Positions 28,668 through 36,723 of a DNA stretch of 42,109 nucleotides are shown here, in pieces; within the stretch, counting starts at the first letter, position 1; every line of letters begins with the position of its first letter. The notes beneath the pieces were generated by a model. It ran no database searches and was not told where the DNA came from. It worked only from the letters and a program-made list of their open reading frames with translations. The stretch covers positions 1-42,109 of the forward strand of contig JBAXOY010000010.1 of the NCBI GenBank assembly GCA_037133055.1. The letters are read 5' to 3'. Position numbers and translations under genes: made by a program. Source of the stretch: Chlamydiota bacterium (GTDB taxonomy: Bacteria; Auribacterota; Tritonobacteria; UBA1439).

Positions 28668-29348
28668 ATGACGCGCATCGCGATCCTCATCGCCGCGACG
28701 ATCCTCGCGGGCGCCGCCGGCCCGCGGCCCGCGGCAGAGCGGATCTGGGCTTTCGACTGGAGCCCGCGCGCCCGGGCGGAGGCCGCCCGCGAGACGGCCG
28801 GGTTCCGCATCGAGGCGGAGCCGGTCCCGGGGGCGCAGATCAGGAGACCCGAGGGGGAGTTTGGCTCGATCAGGCGCAACGGGATCAGCTATCACAAGGG
28901 GGTCGACTTCGTCGCCCCCCCGGGCACGCCGGTGCGGGCGGCGGCCGCGGGGTTCATCTGCTACAACGAGATGAACGGCGGCCCCGACTCGGGGTACGGC
29001 TACACCGTGCTGATCGATCACGCCGACAACTTCTACACGCTCTATGCGCACCTGAACGAGCCGTCGCCCCTCCCGAACGGCCGGTGGGTGGGGGCGGGGG
29101 AGCGGATCGCCAGGGTCGGGCGGAGCGGCAACGCGATGAAGGTGCCAAAGGAGTTTCAATACCAGCTCCATTTTGAGATACTACATGCGCCGTCCGGTCT
29201 TATGGATCTCGGGGGCCTCCGGGTTGTCGACCTTTTCAGCCCTCACGGCCTCACCACGCTCAGGCAGATCGGCGAGGCGGTCTACGGGATCTACCGGGGC
29301 GGAGTGCTGAACCCCGAGGATTTCGGGAGAGACCGATGCGTGCGTTGA
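28668..29348 (+). CDS. Secreted M23 (LytM) family protein
   Basis: Signal peptide, HKGVDF, GTPVRAAA.G, GYGYTVLIDH, YAHL, VGRSGN, QLHFEI. Confidence 0.88.
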   Translation: MTRIAILIAATILAGAAGPRPAAERIWAFDWSPRARAEAARETAGFRIEAEPVPGAQIRRPEGEFGSIRRNGISYHKGVDFVAPPGTPVRAAAAGFICYNEMNGGPDSGYGYTVLIDHADNFYTLYAHLNEPSPLPNGRWVGAGERIARVGRSGNAMKVPKEFQYQLHFEILHAPSGLMDLGGLRVVDLFSPHGLTTLRQIGEAVYGIYRGGVLNPEDFGRDRCVR

Positions 29349-29533
29349 TCATCGCGGCGTGCGCCGCATGGGCGGGACTGACATTCGCCGGATGCGGCAC
29401 CGCATCCCGCTACGAGTATTACGATTATGCGGGCAAGACCGTCGACCAGAAGAACGCCGACAAGGCCGACAAGATCGGGCGCAATTTCAGGGGGCTTGTC
29501 CCCTCGGCGGGGACATCAGGGAGGACGAGGTGA
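29336..29533 (+). CDS. Small lipoprotein
   Basis: GGGAG RBS, hydrophobic N-terminus with FAGC lipobox. Confidence 0.65.
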   Translation: MRALIIAACAAWAGLTFAGCGTASRYEYYDYAGKTVDQKNADKADKIGRNFRGLVPSAGTSGRTR

Positions 29534-29541
29534 GGGAACGT

Positions 29542-29626
29542 AAAATCCAAAATCCTGCCCGCCATGAAGGTGGGCCGTCCCGCCGAATGGCGGAACAAAT
29601 CCCAACGCGAAGCGCATGGGCGGGGA
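29542..29626. repeat. REP-like palindrome cluster (CCGCC-N4-GGCGG)
   Basis: aaaatccaaaatcc, gcccgcc-atgaa-ggtgggc, gtcccgcc-gaat-ggcggaa (29577-29595). Confidence 0.6.
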
Positions 29627-29636
29627 ACGGGCACAG

Positions 29637-29888
29637 ATGAAAGACAAGGGCATGCTGAACAGGCTTCTCCTGGGGCTCGGCTTCGACTGCCGCGACGGCA
29701 TCTGGCGCGTCACGCGCGGCTCGAACTTCCGCCTCTACGGCGGCTCCGAGGACACGCACGGGGAGATGCAGGAGAAGGCGATGAAGCTGAACGAGCATCT
29801 CGAGAAGAAAAAGAAGACGCTCGACACCGTCTCCATGGACGAGTTCATGGAGATCGCGGACAAGATCGACATGTTCAAAAAGAAATGA
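29637..29888 (+). CDS. Conserved hypothetical protein
   Basis: LLGLGFD..DG..RVTRG.NF.LYGGSEDTH.EMQEKAMKLNE. Stop overlaps the folE start (ATGA). Confidence 0.75.
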   Translation: MKDKGMLNRLLLGLGFDCRDGIWRVTRGSNFRLYGGSEDTHGEMQEKAMKLNEHLEKKKKTLDTVSMDEFMEIADKIDMFKKK

Positions 29889-30454
29889 GCCGGGGGACGA
29901 TGAGGGAGATGCTCAGGGAGTGGCTCAGGTCGATCGGCGAGGACCCGGACCGCGAGGGGCTCCGCCAGACCCCCGAGCGCCTGCGCGAGGCGTGGTCGTT
30001 TCTCACCGGCGGCTACGGCGAGGACATCGCCGGCATACTCGCCGCGGAGATCAGCACCGACATCTGCGACGAGATGGTGCTTCTTAAAGATATCGAGCTT
30101 TTGAGCGTTTGCGAGCACCATTTCCTCCCTTTTTACGGGCGCTGCCACATCGCCTACCTTCCCGACCGGATGATGCTCGGCCTCGGGCGGATCGCGCGCC
30201 TCGTGGACGCGTTCTCGAGGCGCCTTCAGATACAGGAGCGGCTGACGACCCAGATCGCGGACGCCATTCAGGAGCACCTGAAGCCGAAGGGGGTGGCGGT
30301 GGTGATCGAGGCGCGCCACCTCTGCATGGTGCTCCGGGGCGCCGAGAAGGGGCACTGCAGGGCGGTCACCTCGGCGATGCGGGGATGCTTCCGCTCGCGG
30401 CAGGAGACGCGCATGGAGTTCCTGAACCTTATCGGCCGCCCGGCGTTGTCGTAA
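29885..30454 (+). CDS. folE: GTP cyclohydrolase I
   Basis: GEDPDREGL.QTP.R, CEHHFLPF, RRLQIQERLT, ARHLCM..RG. Confidence 0.95.
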   Translation: MSRGTMREMLREWLRSIGEDPDREGLRQTPERLREAWSFLTGGYGEDIAGILAAEISTDICDEMVLLKDIELLSVCEHHFLPFYGRCHIAYLPDRMMLGLGRIARLVDAFSRRLQIQERLTTQIADAIQEHLKPKGVAVVIEARHLCMVLRGAEKGHCRAVTSAMRGCFRSRQETRMEFLNLIGRPALS

Positions 30455-30474
30455 CCCATTGGAGGTGCTGCTCC

Positions 30475-30822
30475 ATGGTGAAGCGCGGCGCACGCTATGT
30501 CGTCGTGATGATCACGTGCGACAAGAGGGATGAGGCGCGGGAGATCGCCCGCGCGCTCGTGCGCGCGCGCGCCGCGGCGTGCGTGAGCGTCTACCCGAAG
30601 GGGGAATCCTTCTACTGGTGGAAGGGCTCGATGGAGACGGCGCGCGAACATCTCCTGCTCGCGAAGACGAGCCTCGCCGGGCTCCCGCGGCTTGTCGAGG
30701 CGGTCAAGAAGCTCCACAGCTACGAGGTGCCGGAGATCGTGGCGATCCCCCTCGTCGGGGGAAGCGGGGAGTACCTTACATGGCTCTCGGAGGAGTTATG
30801 CGGGAAAAGATCGAGAAGGTGA
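30475..30822 (+). CDS. cutA: Divalent-cation tolerance protein CutA
   Basis: AACV, SFYWWKG, LHSYEVPEI, YL.WL. GGAGG RBS. Confidence 0.93.
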   Translation: MVKRGARYVVVMITCDKRDEAREIARALVRARAAACVSVYPKGESFYWWKGSMETAREHLLLAKTSLAGLPRLVEAVKKLHSYEVPEIVAIPLVGGSGEYLTWLSEELCGKRSRR

Positions 30823-31025
30823 TCAGGGATGAAGTGACGCCGATGCTCGCGGTGCACGGCGGAAGCGTCGAGCTTGTCGATGTCACGGCCGAGGGCGTGG
30901 TGCGGGTGCGGCTCGCCGGGGCGTGCGCCGGATGCCCCGGCGCGCGGATGACGCTGACGCACGTCGTCGAAAACGCCCTGCGGAGCAGGGTCCCCGAGAT
31001 GAAGGGGATCGAGGCGGTCGACTGA
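30798..31025 (+). CDS. NifU C-terminal/Nfu-type Fe-S carrier
   Basis: P.LA.HGG.VELV..VRL.GACAGCP..TL. GGAGGAG RBS. Confidence 0.92.
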   Translation: MREKIEKVIRDEVTPMLAVHGGSVELVDVTAEGVVRVRLAGACAGCPGARMTLTHVVENALRSRVPEMKGIEAVD

Positions 31026-31057
31026 TTTCACGCTGACGTATAATCCCGGAGGCGGCG

Positions 31058-31918
31058 ATGGCGGACACGCTTGCGGCGATGGTGCAGTCCCGCGCAAAGG
31101 CGGGTGCGCCGCATCCCACCCTCACGATCCGCGACGTCGGGGAACTCGCCGCCGCGGCGGGGGTGACCAGGCGCGAGGTGGAGCTCTGCGCCCTCGCCGA
31201 GGGTGTGGTGCCGCGCAGGTACCTCCGCAACATCGGCACGCTCGGCGTGGAGGGCCAGCTCAAGCTCCGGCGCGCGCGGGTCGCGGTCATCGGGGCCGGG
31301 GGGCTCGGGGGAGCGCTGGTCGAACTCCTCGCAAGGCTCGGTGTCGGCGCGCTTGTGGTGGCGGACGGGGACACGTTCACCGAAGACAACCTCAACCGTC
31401 AGCTCCTTTCCACCGAGGGCACCATCGGGGAGGGGAAGGCCGCGGCGGCGGCGGAGCGGGTCTCCCGCATCAATTCGGCCGTGGAGGTCCTGCCGCACAA
31501 GATGTTCGTGGACGACGCCAATGCCGACGGGTTTCTCTTGGGGTGCGATCTCGTCATCGACGCACTGGACAACATCCCCTCCCGTCTCGTCCTCCAGCGC
31601 GCGGCCGCCCGGCTGCGTATCCCCTTCATCCACGGCGCGATCGCGGGTTTCGTGGGCGAGTTGATGACGGTATTTCCTGGGGACCGCGGGCTCGAGGTGT
31701 TGTACGGCGAGGCGGCACACGCACCCGAGAAGGGGATCGAGGTGACGGTCGGAACGCCCACCGTGACTCCCGTGGCGGTGGCGGCGCTCCAGGCGGCCGA
31801 GGCGGTGAAGGTGATAACCGGGACCGGCGAGCTCATGCGGGACAGGGTCCTCTTCATCGACCTCGAGACGGGGAGCAGCTCGACGCTCGAGCTGTCGCCG
31901 CGGGGGGGGGCGCGGTGA
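31058..31918 (+). CDS. HesA/MoeB/ThiF family E1-like adenylyltransferase
   Basis: RYLRN, GQLKL, VIGAGGLG, DGD.F..DNLNRQ, DLVIDALDN. TATAAT and GGAGG upstream. Confidence 0.92.
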   Translation: MADTLAAMVQSRAKAGAPHPTLTIRDVGELAAAAGVTRREVELCALAEGVVPRRYLRNIGTLGVEGQLKLRRARVAVIGAGGLGGALVELLARLGVGALVVADGDTFTEDNLNRQLLSTEGTIGEGKAAAAAERVSRINSAVEVLPHKMFVDDANADGFLLGCDLVIDALDNIPSRLVLQRAAARLRIPFIHGAIAGFVGELMTVFPGDRGLEVLYGEAAHAPEKGIEVTVGTPTVTPVAVAALQAAEAVKVITGTGELMRDRVLFIDLETGSSSTLELSPRGGAR

Positions 31919-31932
31919 CGGGGGAGGAGGCC

Positions 31933-32178
31933 ATGCGGGTCACCGTGCAGACGGTGAGCGACCTGAGTCACCATTTTGGGAGCGGGGAATTCCAGGTGAC
32001 GCTTCCCGCGCGGTCAGTGGGAGACCTTCTCGATCACCTCAAGCAGGCGTATGGGTTCGACCTCGCCGCGCACGAGCACACGATGCTCTTCCTGAACGGC
32101 AGGGGGTGTGTGGACCTGTCGCGCCCTCTCCGGGACGGCGACCACGTCGCCATCGTGCCCATCCTCGCCGCGGGGTGA
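31933..32178 (+). CDS. MoaD/ThiS family ubiquitin-like sulfur carrier
   Basis: GGAGGAGG RBS, SVGDLLD.L, LFLNGR, L.DGD.VAIVP. Ends in AAG rather than GG. Confidence 0.8.
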   Translation: MRVTVQTVSDLSHHFGSGEFQVTLPARSVGDLLDHLKQAYGFDLAAHEHTMLFLNGRGCVDLSRPLRDGDHVAIVPILAAG

Positions 32179-32244
32179 GGAACGGAAGACAGGCTCCTAG
32201 GGTTTAAAAGTCCCGACGGCCCCCCGAGCCGGATCGCGGGGAAC

Positions 32245-32271
32245 AAAAAATGCCGCCCCTTGCGGGGCGGC
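32245..32271 (-). terminator. Intrinsic terminator for the Zn-ribbon gene
   Basis: gccgcccc-ttgc-ggggcggc stem (32252-32271) preceded on + by aaaaaa, i.e. a U-tract on the minus strand. Confidence 0.75.
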
Positions 32272-32303
32272 GACGGAATAACCCGCCACTCGAACGCGAT
32301 CCC

Positions 32304-32489
32304 TCAGCCGGCGACAACCTGGAAGGAACGGCAGTCCGCAAGGTTGAGCTGCCAGAGGTACTCTACGAAAAGAAAAGTCTCGCCGCATTCATCATTCGAG
32401 CAGCGCTTCCAGATGAACTTGCGGCTTCCCTCCACCTTCTCGTCCTCGACCACGAGTTCGCTGAAGCAATACTCACATATCTCTTTCAT
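32304..32489 (-). CDS. 61-aa zinc-ribbon-like protein
   Basis: CEYC ... CSNDEC. GGAG RBS; own promoter and terminator. Confidence 0.7.
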   Translation of the reverse strand: MKEICEYCFSELVVEDEKVEGSRKFIWKRCSNDECGETFLFVEYLWQLNLADCRSFQVVAG

Positions 32490-32517
32490 GGCAATTCTCC
32501 AACCCGCATTTTAGTTA

Positions 32518-32533
32518 AGCAATAAACATGCCA
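32518..32533 (-). promoter_or_regulatory. Sigma54 (-24/-12) promoter
   Basis: Minus strand TGGCAT-GTTTA-TTGCT matches TGGCAC-N5-TTGCW, in an AT-rich upstream region. Confidence 0.7.
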
Positions 32534-32715
32534 TGATGAAGATATATCGATGTATTTCTAATGCTTAGCAGTGCAATAAGTTATAAAGTTTATAGATAGA
32601 TTGACATACCATAAAGTAGGAAATTAATGAAAAATAATGCAACCCATCCCGCAATACCATACAAATATTGCACGCTCGTGAGCTGGATGAACTGAGGATC
32701 AGAGATCAGGGGTCT

Positions 32716-32780
32716 GTCCCGCCATCCGGCGGAATAGCCCGCCCCGCCATAGGCGGGGCGTTGCGCCTTTACGGCGGGCT
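32716..32780. repeat. REP-like nested palindromes (CCGCC/GGCGG)
   Basis: gtcccgcc-atcc-ggcggaa (32716-32734), cgccccgcc-ata-ggcggggcg (32740-32760), agcccgcc..ggcgggct. Confidence 0.6.
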
Positions 32781-32791
32781 GGGATTGACAT

Positions 32792-33232
32792 CTACCTATG
32801 CCTATGCCTCTTAAGATACTTCACCATCTTGAGCTCGGTGCCGATCCGCGGGCTCGTGTCATACCAGACCATGTCCATCGATCGCCGGATAAAATAGACA
32901 CCGAGCCCCCCGGGCTTCACGTCGTGCAGCTCCCGGGACCTGATGCGCGCGGGGTGGACCTTTTTCCCGAAGTCCTTGATGGTGACCTCGAGACGGTCGA
33001 GGCGCTCCCGGAGGATGAGCACGATCTTCTTGTCGAAGTTCCCGCCGTAGCCGTGCGTGATGACGTTGGTGCACGCCTCGTCGACGGCGTGAATCACCTC
33101 GCTCCGGGCCTTCACTGAAAACCCCATCTCGTAGGTGACCTCGTCCAGCATGGAGCGCACCGCGCGAAGATACTTCGGGTTGCTGGGGATGATGACCGTG
33201 ATGGTGTCCGGGATCGCGCGCATGCCTGTCAT
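32792..33232 (-). CDS. RsbW-like anti-sigma factor / Ser kinase (HATPase_c_2)
   Basis: AVDEACTNVITHGY (N box), IKDFG (G1), PGGLGVYFIRRSMD (G2). Confidence 0.9.
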   Translation of the reverse strand: MTGMRAIPDTITVIIPSNPKYLRAVRSMLDEVTYEMGFSVKARSEVIHAVDEACTNVITHGYGGNFDKKIVLILRERLDRLEVTIKDFGKKVHPARIRSRELHDVKPGGLGVYFIRRSMDMVWYDTSPRIGTELKMVKYLKRHRHR

Positions 33233-33236
33233 GATT

Positions 33237-34565
33237 TCACCCGATCCGTATCGCCATTGCCGTGAGATCGTCGTACTGGTGCACGCCGCGTGAAAAGGCC
33301 TCGACCCGCCGCATCACGCGCCGCACCATGGCTTCCGGCCCCGCCGCGGGGCCGGTGAAGATGTGCCTGAGCCGCGGGAGCCCGAACTCGCGCCCCTTCC
33401 TGTCGCGGGCCTCGATGATCCCATCGGTGTAGAGAAAAAACAGATCCCCCTTCTCGATCGGAACGGTGTGCATCTGGTAACGCACCCCGCGTTGAACCCC
33501 GAGCGGCATGCCCGAGGGCCTCTCGAGAAATTCGATGCCGCCCGCGCCGCCCTTTTTCCAGAGCATCGGCAGGTGGCCCGCATTGCTGTACGAGAGGGTT
33601 CGCCCCCCGGCGTCCACGATCGCGTAGATGAGCGTGACGAACATCCCGCTCGTGCTGTGCGTCAGCAGGCTTTCGTTCAGCTGGTCGAGGACCCTGTCCG
33701 TGCCGTCGGAGCTTGAGGCCCTGAACCGGAACTCGCTCAGGACCTTTACCATGTAAAGGGCCGCCGGGACTCCCTTCCCCGACACGTCGCCGACGACCAC
33801 CCCGAAACGGTGGGGGCCCATTTCCACGATATCATAAAAATCGCCCCCCGTCTCCCAGGCCGGGAGGGTCCTCGCGTACACCCGGGCGCCCGCGATTTTC
33901 GGGAACGAGAAGGGGAGGAAATCGCGCTGGATCTGGTTGGCGATCTGGAGCTCCTGCTCGACGTGCTGCTTCTCGAGGAGCCTCGCGTGCATGCGGGCGC
34001 TCTCGATGGCGACGGCGGCCTGGCTCGCGAACGCGAGGAAGAGCGCCATGTCGTCCTGCGAGAAACCGCCGGGGCTTTTCGAGTTGATGGCCTCGAGCAC
34101 CCCGAGCATCTTCCCCTGGCCCTTCAGGGGGACGCAGAGTATGGAGCGGGTCCTGTGGTTGAGGACCTCGTCAGGGGTGCGATAGAACCGCGCGTCCCTG
34201 GTCACGTCCGGGACGAGGAGCGGCTCCCCGTGGGCGGCGACCCATCCGGCGATGCCCTGGCCCATCTTGAGCCGGAACCTGTCCTTGAGCTTCTTCCCCT
34301 TCTCCCCGAGGGCGACCCGGTACAGGAGCTCGTCGCCCCGCTCGTCGATGAGCATCAGGGAGCCGCTTTCGGCGTTCAGCACCTGCTTGATTATTTCCAT
34401 GATCATGGTGAGAAGGGTGTAGAGGTCGAGCGTCGAGTTGATGATCTTGCTTATCTCGACCAGGGCGGAGAGGTTGGCGACCTTCTGGTTCGCGAGGCGG
34501 AGCTGCTCCTGTATCGCCCCGAGCTCCGCGATCTTGTCCCTCATCGGAACCGCGTCAGTGTCCAT
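33237..34565 (-). CDS. GAF plus SpoIIE/PP2C phosphatase (RsbU-like)
   Basis: GAF GQGIAGWV..SILCVPL; GGDFYD, GDVSGKGVPAAL, NAGH, YTDGI.EA, DDLT. Confidence 0.93.
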   Translation of the reverse strand: MDTDAVPMRDKIAELGAIQEQLRLANQKVANLSALVEISKIINSTLDLYTLLTMIMEIIKQVLNAESGSLMLIDERGDELLYRVALGEKGKKLKDRFRLKMGQGIAGWVAAHGEPLLVPDVTRDARFYRTPDEVLNHRTRSILCVPLKGQGKMLGVLEAINSKSPGGFSQDDMALFLAFASQAAVAIESARMHARLLEKQHVEQELQIANQIQRDFLPFSFPKIAGARVYARTLPAWETGGDFYDIVEMGPHRFGVVVGDVSGKGVPAALYMVKVLSEFRFRASSSDGTDRVLDQLNESLLTHSTSGMFVTLIYAIVDAGGRTLSYSNAGHLPMLWKKGGAGGIEFLERPSGMPLGVQRGVRYQMHTVPIEKGDLFFLYTDGIIEARDRKGREFGLPRLRHIFTGPAAGPEAMVRRVMRRVEAFSRGVHQYDDLTAMAIRIG

Positions 34566-36525
34566 CGTTCCTTCCCGCCGCCCGGCCGATCAGCTCGTGC
34601 ACCACCACCGTCTTCTCCTTGCCCTTCACGGTCACCTCGCCGAGGAGCCGCGTCTCGACGACGTCCTGCACCATGCGGCGGGTCGACTCGGAGATGACGA
34701 TGTCGACACCGTACCCCCTCGTGAGCGCCTCGATCCGGGCGCCGAGGTTCACCTCGTCCCCGAGGACCGTGTAGTCCCAGAACTCGTTCGAGCCCATGTT
34801 CCCGACGACCATGGTTCCCGTGTTGATCCCTATCCCCATCGCGAACGAATCGACCCCGCGCGCCCGCGCATCCGCTCCCATCCGCCGGAGCTCGTCCCGC
34901 ATGTCGATGGCGGCGAGGACCGCCCTGCGGGCGTGGTCCTCCTGGGGAAGCGGGGCCCCCCAGAACGCCATGACCGCGTCTCCGATGTACTTGTCCAGGG
35001 TGCCGTCGTGCTTCCAGATGATCCGGGTCATCCGGTCGTGCAGCTCGTTCAGTCGCGGGGCGATATCCTCGACCTCGCTCTTTTCGCAGAACGCGGTGAA
35101 CCCCTTCACGTCGGCGAACATGACCGTGAGCTCCCGCCGCGCCCCGCCCAGCTTCAGCTCGGCGGGATTCCGGAGTATCTCCTCCATGACGTTGCGGGAA
35201 AGATACTTCCCCAGCACCCCGCGGTAGAACCTGCGCTGGCGCTCCTCGGTCGCGTACCGGTATGAGGTGATGAGGGTGTAGACGAAGACCACCATCATCA
35301 ACCCCGGAACGACCGGCAGGATGACCGCGAGGGCGAAGAAGGCGGCGTAGGACGCCGCGAGGTAGACCGCCAGGCAGAGCAGCGAGAGCCCGAGGCTTGC
35401 GCCCGCCCTGAAGGAGCAGGAGATGACGCCCGCGAGCGCGCCGAGAAGAAGCAGGATCGCCACGGCGGTCCGGGGCGCCGGTTCGCGGAGAAAGGAGCGG
35501 GAGAGGATGGTGCCGATGGCGTTCGCGTACACGGTGAGGAGGGGGCTCTCGGGCGAGAGGGGCGTCGGCTTGGTGTACGACTCGATCACGCCGGTCGCGG
35601 TGACGCCGACGAGGACCAGCTTCCCCTCGAAATCGGAAAGGTTCACGGGGGCGTGCGCTCCCTTCTCCTGGAGGGCGAAGGACTGAAGAACCTGGGAGAA
35701 GACGCTGCGGGAAAACTCGCTGTCCCGCGCGGTGTAGTTGACGCGCATCATTCCCCGCGCGTCGATGGGGATCGAAACGGGCGGGCCCCCGGGGACGTCG
35801 AATTCGACGCGGCGCCCGAGGAGCACCCGCACGCGCGCGGGCTCGACGTTATGGTAGCGGAGCGCCGCCATCAGGCAGAAGGAGGGATACACGCTGTTCT
35901 TGAATCGGAGCACGAGCGGGACGCGCCGCATGACGCCGTCCTCCGCGTCTCCCTGCGCGTTGGCGAAGCCGAGGGCAGCCCGCGCGGCGAGCGGACGGAG
36001 GGGGAGCGTCACCTCGACGGTGCGCGGGAGGGAGGAGAGATCGCCCTCCACGACGCCCAGCGCGCCCCGGCGGAGCAGCTCATCCGGGGGCCCGCCGTCC
36101 CCGGAGGCCGGAGGGGCGGCGCTTCCCTCCTCCAGATCGAAGTAGTAGGGGTAGACGGTGTCCCCGAGACGCCGCGTCGCCTCGACGAGCTTCTCCTCGT
36201 CGCTTTTGTCCTGCCCGCTGCCGGGGAGGAAGAGGACGTCGTAGGCCACCACCGCCGGGAGCTTTTCCGAGAGCGCCTCGAGCAGGAGCGCGTGCCATCG
36301 CCAGGAGATCGGCCAGCAGCCTCCGAGGGCGCGGAGGGTCTGGTCGTCGATCCCGATGAGGGCGATCTCGGGGGAGGGGGACGGACCGCGGAGCCGGTAC
36401 CGCCAGGAGAAGCGGGAGTCGACGGTCTTCGCCTCGTACATCCCGAAAAAGGCGGTCCGGGTGAGGAGGGTCACGAAGGCGAGACTGAGCAGCACCGTGA
36501 GGATCGCGATCTGCCGGATTTTCAT
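34555..36525 (-). CDS. CHASE2-domain class III adenylate cyclase
   Basis: CHASE2 (IALIGIDD, DVLF, DGVMRRVPL, GKLVLVG), three TMs, FADVKGFT, DKYIGDAVMA, DYTVLGDEVNLGAR. K and D specificity residues indicate ATP. Confidence 0.93.
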   Translation of the reverse strand: MKIRQIAILTVLLSLAFVTLLTRTAFFGMYEAKTVDSRFSWRYRLRGPSPSPEIALIGIDDQTLRALGGCWPISWRWHALLLEALSEKLPAVVAYDVLFLPGSGQDKSDEEKLVEATRRLGDTVYPYYFDLEEGSAAPPASGDGGPPDELLRRGALGVVEGDLSSLPRTVEVTLPLRPLAARAALGFANAQGDAEDGVMRRVPLVLRFKNSVYPSFCLMAALRYHNVEPARVRVLLGRRVEFDVPGGPPVSIPIDARGMMRVNYTARDSEFSRSVFSQVLQSFALQEKGAHAPVNLSDFEGKLVLVGVTATGVIESYTKPTPLSPESPLLTVYANAIGTILSRSFLREPAPRTAVAILLLLGALAGVISCSFRAGASLGLSLLCLAVYLAASYAAFFALAVILPVVPGLMMVVFVYTLITSYRYATEERQRRFYRGVLGKYLSRNVMEEILRNPAELKLGGARRELTVMFADVKGFTAFCEKSEVEDIAPRLNELHDRMTRIIWKHDGTLDKYIGDAVMAFWGAPLPQEDHARRAVLAAIDMRDELRRMGADARARGVDSFAMGIGINTGTMVVGNMGSNEFWDYTVLGDEVNLGARIEALTRGYGVDIVISESTRRMVQDVVETRLLGEVTVKGKEKTVVVHELIGRAAGRNDGH

Positions 36526-36723
36526 GGTGGTGTCACCCGGGACATTCTACACGGAACCGCTCCGCAGCGCAATATCCGCGCCCTTATGGCAACACGTCAT
36601 GCGCGGCTGCGAACCCGCGCGTTCCCGTGCGAACCCGTGAATCGAAACCGTGAATGGGCTGGACGCTCGGGATGTCGTGTGGTAACTTGAACCGTGCCCG
36701 CATCACGGGCGGGGAGGGATACC

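Noticed and set aside
32601..32629. TTGACA sigma70 promoter on the plus strand
   Set aside because: No convincing -10 at 17 nt and no downstream plus-strand gene. The AT-rich context makes a chance match likely.
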